Positions 37,042 through 44,333 of a stretch of 64,000 nucleotides of DNA are shown here, piece after piece. The position numbers and the translations under genes are program-made. The stretch is from Sulfurovum sp. (lineage in GTDB: Bacteria; Campylobacterota; Campylobacteria; Campylobacterales; Sulfurovaceae). The stretch's first letter is position 1, and each line of letters opens with the position of its first letter. Under the pieces are notes generated by a model, which was not told the origin of the DNA, searched no databases, and saw only the letters and a list, made by a program, of their open reading frames with translations. The stretch is from contig NZ_WGDD01000032.1 of assembly GCF_015493435.1 (NCBI RefSeq), positions 26-64,025 of the forward strand, read 5' to 3'.

Positions 37042-38874
37042 ATGCTACAACTTTTTCAACAGCTTTTTGGGAAAAAGCCCCATACCATACAGCTTCATAT
37101 CTCTTCAGCCAACGGTTTTCATCTTCGGCCCGTTGCGGAATTCGTCAACACGGCAAAAACATTCGCCTGTGACATCAGTGCCTTGCACCAGCACAAAAGC
37201 GTCAGTGCCAAAAGTGTCAATGCGCTGCTTTCCCTCGGGCTTGAAAAGGGGGACAGCTTTACACTGCTTGCCCGGGGCAAAGATGCCAAGGTGGCCACAG
37301 AAACACTTCAGGCACTCTTTGCACGTTTGATGCAGGAGGACAAAGAGGTCAGCACATTGGGCAAAGAGACCAAAGTCTATGACGGACAAATCATAGAGGG
37401 GGAGATTATTTCCAGAGGCGTGGTCATTGCACCTGTCTGCCGTTATGCGGAACGCGAATTTGCCACAGAAGCCAGGCTGGACTTTTCAGAAGCGCTTGCA
37501 AAAAGTTTGGATGAGCTGGAAATACTTTACCTTGCGCACAAAGAGGAGGAAAACGGCAGTATCTATCTTGCCCAGAAAGCACTTTTGCATGCTATAGCAG
37601 ACGATCTTGACTCATTTGAAACGTTTGAACTGACCATTGCAGAAGCGTCTGCCCATCTTACGGGAAGCAAAATGGCATCCAAGATCATAGACTATCAAGA
37701 TATTCTCCGGCGTGTCAAAAACCATATGGGGATCAAAACAGAAATGATCCTTCCTGAAACTTCCGCCATTCTTTTAGCCGAAGATCTTCTTCCCAGTCAG
37801 ATAACGCAACTTCGCAGCAGCCGTGTTGAGGGGGTGGTACTCAAGGAAACCACCCTGACATCACATACCGCCATTTTGCTGCGTGCTGCGGGTATTCCCT
37901 CGCTTATCGCCGACTACAGTACGGTGGAAGAGCACAGCAGGGTCATTCTTGATGCCAACAGCGGTATGATAGTGTCAAAACCGAGCGAAAAGGATCTTAC
38001 CGAAGCAGAAAAACGCAAAACAGAGGACAGAAAGCAAAGAAACATTGCTGCAAACAAACGTTTTGAAAAAGCACTGACCCGCACACAAAAACAGATTCAT
38101 ATCCTATCCAACGTCACCGATATCGATTCGGCAAAAGAAGCCAGGGCAGAAGGGGCGGAAGGGATTGGACTTTTGAGGACCGAATTTCTTTTTAAAAACA
38201 GAAAACCTTCCCTGGAAGAGCAAACAAAGGCGTACACAGAGATCTTTTCCTGTTTTGAAAATATTACCGTACGTACCCTGGATGTAGGCGGAGACAAAAA
38301 ACTGCCCTATCTCACGCTGCAGGAAGAGGACAACCCCTTCCTCGGCATACGGGGTATACGCCTGTTCAAAACACATCCACAGCTGATGGAAGAGCAGCTG
38401 CATGCTATCTTTCTGGCTGCCAATGGACGCCCGATCAAAGTGATGTTCCCCATGGTCAGCACCGTCGAAGAGTTCATGCACGCCAAAGCGTTTGCTTTCC
38501 GGACAGCGGAAAAATATGACCTTGACATTTCCGCTATGCTTTTCGGCATCATGGTAGAAGTACCTTCCGTACTCTTTTTGATCAAAAATTTCAACAGGGT
38601 CACGGACTTTTACTCCATCGGGACCAACGATCTCACACAATATTTGTTCGCCATAGAAAGAACCCACCCTTCGCTCAAAGTCGATGAACACTCTTCCGTA
38701 GTATTTGACGCCATCAAAACAGTCATTGACCAGGCAGACAAGCCGGTCAGCATCTGCGGAGAACTGGCTGCCGACCCTAAAGCTGTAGGGACACTGCTGA
38801 AGATCGGTATTGAGACACTGAGTGTATCACCCAAACGCATTGCAGCCACCAAAGAGGAGATCAGACATGTTTAG
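37042..38874 (+). CDS. PTS HPr-Enzyme I fusion (PEP-protein phosphotransferase)
   Basis: HPr motifs GFHLRP and AKSVNALLSLG; EI motifs TSHTAIL, GIGLLRTEF, RTLDVGGDK, NPFLGIRGIR, SIGTNDLTQY, ICGELA. Confidence 0.95.
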   Translation: MLQLFQQLFGKKPHTIQLHISSANGFHLRPVAEFVNTAKTFACDISALHQHKSVSAKSVNALLSLGLEKGDSFTLLARGKDAKVATETLQALFARLMQEDKEVSTLGKETKVYDGQIIEGEIISRGVVIAPVCRYAEREFATEARLDFSEALAKSLDELEILYLAHKEEENGSIYLAQKALLHAIADDLDSFETFELTIAEASAHLTGSKMASKIIDYQDILRRVKNHMGIKTEMILPETSAILLAEDLLPSQITQLRSSRVEGVVLKETTLTSHTAILLRAAGIPSLIADYSTVEEHSRVILDANSGMIVSKPSEKDLTEAEKRKTEDRKQRNIAANKRFEKALTRTQKQIHILSNVTDIDSAKEARAEGAEGIGLLRTEFLFKNRKPSLEEQTKAYTEIFSCFENITVRTLDVGGDKKLPYLTLQEEDNPFLGIRGIRLFKTHPQLMEEQLHAIFLAANGRPIKVMFPMVSTVEEFMHAKAFAFRTAEKYDLDISAMLFGIMVEVPSVLFLIKNFNRVTDFYSIGTNDLTQYLFAIERTHPSLKVDEHSSVVFDAIKTVIDQADKPVSICGELAADPKAVGTLLKIGIETLSVSPKRIAATKEEIRHV

Positions 38875-40255
38875 TCTTTTGCAAAAGATCGGCAAGGCAC
38901 TCATGACCCCTATTGCAGTATTGCCGGTTGCGGCACTGCTGCTGCGTCTGGGTTTTGGAGATATTTTCGACGGGCAGACCGCCCTCATTATGAAAAGTGC
39001 CGGAGAGACGGTGTTCGGCAACCTCGATCTGCTTTTTGGTATTGGTATTGCCTACGGACTGGCCAAGAACCACGATGGTGCCGCGGCACTTTCCGGTGCC
39101 ATCGGTGTGCTCATCGCCAAGGCCGTGTATGTCAGCATTGACAAAGATGTCAACATGGGAGTCTTTGTCGGGATCATCATCGGTGTCCTTGCCGGAACGC
39201 TCTACAACCGTTTTCACAATATCAGACTGCCGGAATTTCTCGGTTTTTTCGGAGGCAAACGTTTTGTTCCCATCATTACCTCTATTGCCGCTATATTTGT
39301 AGGTATACTTGCCGGATATTTCTGGCCTTATGTCCAAAACGGCATTGATGCTTTCTCCAATATGATCATCGGGCTTCATGAGTTCGGAACCTTCCTTTAC
39401 GGTGTACTCAACCGTCTGCTCATTCCACTGGGGCTGCATCATATTCTCAACTCGATCTTCTGGTTCCAGCTCGGAGAATATACCTATGTCAAGAACGGTG
39501 TGGAAATGGTAGCCAATGGAGATCTGCACCGTTTCTTTGCCGGAGACCCTACTGCCGGAATCTATATGTCGGGTTTTTATGTCGTGATGATGTTCGGACT
39601 GCCGGCCATGGCCCTGGCGATCTACCTCAACACGCCAAAAGCCTATCGGGTCAAAGCAGGTGCCATTCTTGCAGGGGTAGCTTTCACCTCCTTTTTGACC
39701 GGCATTACGGAACCGATGGAATTTCTTTTCCTCTTTGCTGCCCCGCAGCTTTTTATCCTGCATGCCGTTTTGACAGGCTTGGCACTTGCCACGGCACAAA
39801 TGCTCGATATTCATGCGGGATTCGGTTTTTCTGCAGGCTTTATCGACTATGTCATCAATTATAAACTGGCGACCAATCCCATTTTGATTTTACCGCTGGG
39901 TGCCGTGTTTGCAGTGATCTATTTCGTCTCAAGCTACTACCTGATCAAACTGCTTAAACTCAAAATCATGGAAACAGAACTCGCCGATGATACAAAAAAA
40001 GAGAACCCAAATACCTCTTCGGAAGCGGAAGCATTCATCGCAGCACTGGGAGGCAGAGAGAACATTCTGAACACCGATGCCTGTATCACCCGCCTGCGTA
40101 TGAATGTAAATGACAGCAGTTCCCTGGAAGACAAGGACTTTACAGCCTTGGGAGCCAAAGGGGTCATACGGCCGGACAAAGGCTCGATACAGATCATTCT
40201 GGGAACCAAAGCAGAAAAAGTGGCAGAAAAGATCAGAGATGTGCTGACCCGATAA
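38867..40255 (+). CDS. nagE: PTS N-acetylglucosamine-type EIICB
   Basis: LQKIGKALM.P.AVLP.A, GGKRFVP, LNRLLIPLGLHH, GDLHRFFAGDPTAG, TGITEP.EF; EIIB DACITRLR; start overlaps the EI stop. Confidence 0.9.
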   Translation: MFSLLQKIGKALMTPIAVLPVAALLLRLGFGDIFDGQTALIMKSAGETVFGNLDLLFGIGIAYGLAKNHDGAAALSGAIGVLIAKAVYVSIDKDVNMGVFVGIIIGVLAGTLYNRFHNIRLPEFLGFFGGKRFVPIITSIAAIFVGILAGYFWPYVQNGIDAFSNMIIGLHEFGTFLYGVLNRLLIPLGLHHILNSIFWFQLGEYTYVKNGVEMVANGDLHRFFAGDPTAGIYMSGFYVVMMFGLPAMALAIYLNTPKAYRVKAGAILAGVAFTSFLTGITEPMEFLFLFAAPQLFILHAVLTGLALATAQMLDIHAGFGFSAGFIDYVINYKLATNPILILPLGAVFAVIYFVSSYYLIKLLKLKIMETELADDTKKENPNTSSEAEAFIAALGGRENILNTDACITRLRMNVNDSSSLEDKDFTALGAKGVIRPDKGSIQIILGTKAEKVAEKIRDVLTR

Positions 40256-40315
40256 ACCCCGGGAAATCCTTGTTCTCCTGAAACCAATATGCTGCCTCTT
40301 CCAAAGTAGCGCCGA

Positions 40316-40348
40316 GGTAATACTGGGGTAATAGTCCTATCTTATAAT
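40316..40348 (+). promoter_or_regulatory. Promoter unit 1: direct-repeat operator plus -10 box
   Basis: GGTAAT-ACTGG-GGTAAT-AGTCCTATCT-TATAAT. Confidence 0.7.
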
Positions 40349-40434
40349 TTTGGGGTCGGACAGCAGATATCCGATACAATTATTTTATCCACAGTGATGC
40401 ATAGAACATTGCTGCGGTTTTCAAAGGACGAATC

Positions 40435-40638
40435 ATGAAAAAACTTCTTACATTTGCAAGCATACTTGCACTCACAAGCCTCTTTGCACATGCAAACGAT
40501 ATGGAAAAGGTAAAATCCACCATCACTATGGCGGCACAAGACACCACACAGGCAGCTCCAGGTGAAGAGCCACAGGTTCCGAAAACAAAACAGGACGACA
40601 AGAACAGCAGCGAAAAGGATCAGACAGAAAACAAATAA
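40435..40638 (+). CDS. Small secreted low-complexity protein (67 aa)
   Basis: AAAGGA RBS; signal peptide MKKLLTFASILALTSLFAHA with an AxA site; polar, probably disordered mature part. Confidence 0.75.
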   Translation: MKKLLTFASILALTSLFAHANDMEKVKSTITMAAQDTTQAAPGEEPQVPKTKQDDKNSSEKDQTENK

Positions 40639-40775
40639 CGTACCAAAAACATAACTCCTAAATTTTCCTTATACTCCTTCCCGGCAATATGCCGGGGCAT
40701 ATCATCCTTTTTCCATTTCATCATACCTTGTGATAGATATAGTAAACCAAAAACCGGCTGAAGTACGCTTCTGCA

Positions 40776-40808
40776 GGTAATAATAGAGTCACGGTATTGC
40801 ATTATACT
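40776..40808 (+). promoter_or_regulatory. Promoter unit 2 (second half-site degenerate)
   Basis: GGTAAT-AATAG-AGTCAC-GGTATTGCAT-TATACT, same spacing as units 1, 3 and 4. Confidence 0.55.
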
Positions 40809-40865
40809 TTAGGAGTTCGGATATTACCATATCCGAATCGGACAAACCACTCCAAAGGATAAACA

Positions 40866-40964
40866 ATGCAAGAACTTATTTTAGCCACCGTGCTTATTGC
40901 AATACTGACCCTCCCATTCAGTGTCTTCTTTACTACACTTATCTGGACCTTTCTATATCCGTAG
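40866..40964 (+). CDS. 32-aa single-pass membrane peptide (below the ORF-track cutoff)
   Basis: AAAGGA RBS; MQELILATVLIAILTLPFSVFFTTLIWTFLYP*; has its own promoter upstream. Confidence 0.6.
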   Translation: MQELILATVLIAILTLPFSVFFTTLIWTFLYP

Positions 40965-41000
40965 ACACAAAAAACCATTTATCTTAAATCATAGCAGACA

Positions 41001-41033
41001 GGTAATACTGAGGTAATACTCTTTCACTATAAT
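41001..41033 (+). promoter_or_regulatory. Promoter unit 3
   Basis: GGTAAT-ACTGA-GGTAAT-ACTCTTTCAC-TATAAT. Confidence 0.7.
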
Positions 41034-41035
41034 TT

Positions 41036-41146
41036 GACTGTATCAGATATTTGATACAGTCTTTTTCAAAGGAGTTCACAGAGAACATATAGCCCTCCAT
41101 TAGCCTTACTTCTTAAATTTTACTTACTCCGGCATTTTTGCCGGAG
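41036..41146 (+). ncRNA. Candidate sRNA, or an ORF-less relic of a small gene
   Basis: Follows promoter unit 3. 10-bp hairpin GACTGTATCA/TGATACAGTC, CU-rich middle, end hairpin CTCCGGCA/TGCCGGAG; no start codon after the AAAGGAG. Confidence 0.4.
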
Positions 41147-41242
41147 AGCAGATCGTATTCCACTTTTTTATACATCCCTGCACTTAAATCAAAATTTGCT
41201 ATAATCAATATAATTATTCACTATAATTCACAGGAGAGCCTA

Positions 41243-42046
41243 TTGAAACATTTTGTACTTATTGTTCTTTTGTTCCTTATGAATGGATGTTCAGTCAATG
41301 AACTGTTCCTATTTAATGAAATTAACCGGGTCACCCTTGTTAAATCCACTCCCGAGGTCAAACACTACAGAGCCTATTTTGCAAGAAGTGAGTTGAAACC
41401 GGTATGGAAAAAACAGAAATATCTTTTCCTCTATAATAGGCACAAGCATGATCTCGGCCTTGTACTGCGTCATCACAATACCTATACGCTGTACCATTTT
41501 TCCCACAGAAATCTTCCGGTGGTCAAACTGAAGATCACTTCCCGTCACAGAGAAAGACATATGCTGCATTCTTTTGCCAAGATAGGATACCGCACCGCAG
41601 ACTTGAAAGCACTCGGATACAGGACAAAAGTAGGGTTGCGCCGATACAAAGGGGTTAAAACACTCATGTTCGAAGTAAAAGATTATCACCGCCGGCCAAA
41701 AGAAAAAGAAGCAAATGAAAATCCAACACAGTCAACACAGGGACAGTCTGTTACTCTCATGGATACAGATTCGGAAAATACTCAGATAAAGCCTCTGTAC
41801 CCCTACTATCTGCACTACGCTTCGTCAGCTGAGCTGGACCGTTACCTCAAAGATCCCCAGACCGTCAAAACACTCAGCAGCGGCCAGCTGGCAAGCCTCA
41901 AAACACGTCTCTCCAAACTTCGGAAAGAAACACTTTTAACCGAAGGTTCCCTGGAAACACTGATAGAAGCGTACAAAAAGGACAAAGACCCTGAGATAAA
42001 AAAGCGTATCATGGTCTTGCTGAAACAGCAGCAGTCAAAGAACTAA
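41243..42046 (+). CDS. Hypothetical basic lipoprotein
   Basis: CAGGAG RBS, TTG start, lipobox LMNG-C; TGCTATAAT extended -10 at 41197-41205. Confidence 0.75.
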   Translation: MKHFVLIVLLFLMNGCSVNELFLFNEINRVTLVKSTPEVKHYRAYFARSELKPVWKKQKYLFLYNRHKHDLGLVLRHHNTYTLYHFSHRNLPVVKLKITSRHRERHMLHSFAKIGYRTADLKALGYRTKVGLRRYKGVKTLMFEVKDYHRRPKEKEANENPTQSTQGQSVTLMDTDSENTQIKPLYPYYLHYASSAELDRYLKDPQTVKTLSSGQLASLKTRLSKLRKETLLTEGSLETLIEAYKKDKDPEIKKRIMVLLKQQQSKN

Positions 42047-43089
42047 CCCATAATACGGGAAAGATCCAGGCGGATCTCCGTTCCCTGATGCACCTGGCTT
42101 TTAACTTCTATGCCGATATGCATTTCATCACAAAGTTTTTTCACGATATGCATCCCGATCCCTATGCCTCTCTCCTGTTCCTTGTAATAACGCCTGAATA
42201 CTTTTGAAGGTTCCTCAATACCTTTGCCTGTGTCTTTGATCGACAGTATCGTACCGCTGAACACAATAAAAACTTCTCCTGATGTTTTGTTGTACTTGCC
42301 TGCATTACTCAGGAGATTATCAAGTATCCGTATGAACGCATCTCTGTTTGTTACGATCTTAACTGCCGGAACATCGATGTGATAGGCAACATCCGAATAC
42401 AGTACCTGAAAATAAGAAACCCTTTCCCGGGTCAGCGTCTGAAGTTCGACATATTCTACCTGGGTACGTGCTTCCTGCAAAAAGACTTGTAAATTATTTT
42501 GGAGAGAAAGAATGGTTTCAATATTGTTTTCCACCCTTTGAATCTTCGGATTGGGACCGATCTCTTTTTTAAAAAGCTGAAAATTGATCTTCATCGAGGT
42601 AAGCGGTGTGTTGAAATCATGCAGAATATCTTTTACAAATTCTTCATTCAGACGCAGTGCCCTGTGCAGAGGCAACAGGGCATAAATGGAAAATAAAAAC
42701 GAAATAAGTGCTGCAACCAGGGAATAAAGCAGAAATCTCTTCTCCAGAAGTACTTTTATCTCCTGAATATGTGCTTCGTATTTGGTTCTGGGATAGACCA
42801 CTTTCATGAGAGATTTCTTGACATTCGGCAGTGCAAAATAACTGATGAAATCGTTATCCTTGTACAGAATATTTTCTTCTGTATCTTTTCCCTTGTCGAC
42901 AAAATCCGTTTTCAAGCCTTCACACTGCACCGTATAGGCACATAGTTTCATTTCTATTTCAATCTTTTTTTCAAGCTCGATCTTTTTAACTCTGAATTCA
43001 TACCAGAAATTAATAGCCAGCAGTATTTCGAGCAGTATCAGAAAAATAAAAAAACTTTTGACAAAAGACTCTACCTCATACGTTTTCAA
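42043..43089 (-). CDS. Sensor histidine kinase
   Basis: Two TM helices, H-box ILHDFNTPL, N-box NLLSNAGKY, DTGKGI, G.GIGMHIV. Confidence 0.95.
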   Translation of the reverse strand: MKTYEVESFVKSFFIFLILLEILLAINFWYEFRVKKIELEKKIEIEMKLCAYTVQCEGLKTDFVDKGKDTEENILYKDNDFISYFALPNVKKSLMKVVYPRTKYEAHIQEIKVLLEKRFLLYSLVAALISFLFSIYALLPLHRALRLNEEFVKDILHDFNTPLTSMKINFQLFKKEIGPNPKIQRVENNIETILSLQNNLQVFLQEARTQVEYVELQTLTRERVSYFQVLYSDVAYHIDVPAVKIVTNRDAFIRILDNLLSNAGKYNKTSGEVFIVFSGTILSIKDTGKGIEEPSKVFRRYYKEQERGIGIGMHIVKKLCDEMHIGIEVKSQVHQGTEIRLDLSRIMG

Positions 43090-43711
43090 TCATATACCCC
43101 TGCCCCCTGATATTTCTGATCTCGATACCCAGTTTGTTTTTCAGTTTTGCCAGATTGACCCTTAATGCATTGGCACTCGGCTGTTCAAGCATATCCATGA
43201 GGGTATAGCTGCTGACAATTTTATTTTGTTCCGTGATCAGACTGTGAAAAAGATTATGCTGTACTTCTCCGAGAATAACTGTTTTCCCCTCTTTCTCTAT
43301 GACTCGTGAAACCGGATCATAGCGAATATCGCCAAGAACGATCCATTGGCCCGTTCGTTCATATTTGTTCTTGATACGGATGATCAGTTCTTCGGGATCG
43401 AAAGGTTTTTTAATATAATCTTCCGCACCGATCTCAAACCCTCTGGAAATTGAATTGATATCCGTCAATGCTGTAATATAGATCGCAGGGGTATCATCTC
43501 CCGCTTCTCTGAGTGCGGAAAGGACATCAAAGCCGTCCGTGTCAGGCACATTGATATCTAAAATATAAAGATCATACACCGTAGGAAATGTCAAATCGAA
43601 CACTTCGGTACCGCGATGAGCCTTATCGACATCGTATCCTTCATATTCCAGCAGCTCTTTCAGGCTGTCACACAGTATTTTGTCATCTTCAAGCAATAAT
43701 ATTTTCATCAT
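43076..43711 (-). CDS. OmpR/PhoB-family response regulator
   Basis: LLLEDD, ILDINVP, GAEDYIKKPF, C-terminal winged helix LRVNLAKLK...IRGQGY. Confidence 0.95.
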   Translation of the reverse strand: MMKILLLEDDKILCDSLKELLEYEGYDVDKAHRGTEVFDLTFPTVYDLYILDINVPDTDGFDVLSALREAGDDTPAIYITALTDINSISRGFEIGAEDYIKKPFDPEELIIRIKNKYERTGQWIVLGDIRYDPVSRVIEKEGKTVILGEVQHNLFHSLITEQNKIVSSYTLMDMLEQPSANALRVNLAKLKNKLGIEIRNIRGQGYMIENV

Positions 43712-43718
43712 AGTTCAT

Positions 43719-43751
43719 ACTATATAAGAAATGGCTTACCCAAACATTACC
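43719..43751 (-). promoter_or_regulatory. Promoter unit 4, upstream of the response regulator (likely autoregulatory, leaderless mRNA)
   Basis: Minus strand GGTAAT-GTTTG-GGTAAG-CCATTTCTTA-TATAGT; ATG 7 nt after the -10, with no SD. Confidence 0.65.
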
Positions 43752-43859
43752 TGAAGTTCTGAACCTATTTTTTTTTCTTTGGACTCTTCAAAACAATAAA
43801 AAAAATAACAAGTACAACAGCATAGGCTACGTAATGATAGATATTATCCCCCCGTGGCA

Positions 43860-44330
43860 TTATTTTACCTCCATGATCAGATCGGCACATTTTACGATCT
43901 TTATTGTTTTTTCTATTTCCCTGACGTCACTTTCATCGGAGACAATGACGGGAGTGACTATATCTTTGGCATGTTCGGTAATATAGGGCAGGTCAACCCT
44001 GATCACAGGATCGCCCGCCTTGATCTCGTCACCTTCGTTCGCAAGCCGTTCAAAGCCCTCTCCGTTCAGAGAAACCGTATCAAGACCGATATGGACCATC
44101 ACTTCCAGATCTTTGTCGCTTTTGATACTGTACGCGTGGTTGGTCGTAAATATCTTGGTTATTGTTCCGTCTATGGGAGCACAGAAAGTATTGGAAACCG
44201 GAATGACCGCAACACCGTCACCCACCATTTTAGCGGAAAAGACCTCATCGTCCACTTTTTCTATTTCTATGACCTGACCGTCTACCGGAGAAAGAATCTC
44301 TCTATTTTTTCGTTTTAAAAATCCAAACAC
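43860..44330 (-). CDS. PTS EIIA, glucose/GlcNAc family
   Basis: FSAKMVGDGVAV.P, FTTNHAY, VHIGLDTVSL.GEGF. Confidence 0.93.
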   Translation of the reverse strand: MFGFLKRKNREILSPVDGQVIEIEKVDDEVFSAKMVGDGVAVIPVSNTFCAPIDGTITKIFTTNHAYSIKSDKDLEVMVHIGLDTVSLNGEGFERLANEGDEIKAGDPVIRVDLPYITEHAKDIVTPVIVSDESDVREIEKTIKIVKCADLIMEVK

Positions 44331-44333
44331 TGT

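Noticed and set aside
40620-40802. 60-aa minus-strand ORF across the GGA-rich tract
   Set aside because: No SD, it overlaps promoter unit 2 and the end of the 67-aa gene, and its composition is not protein-like
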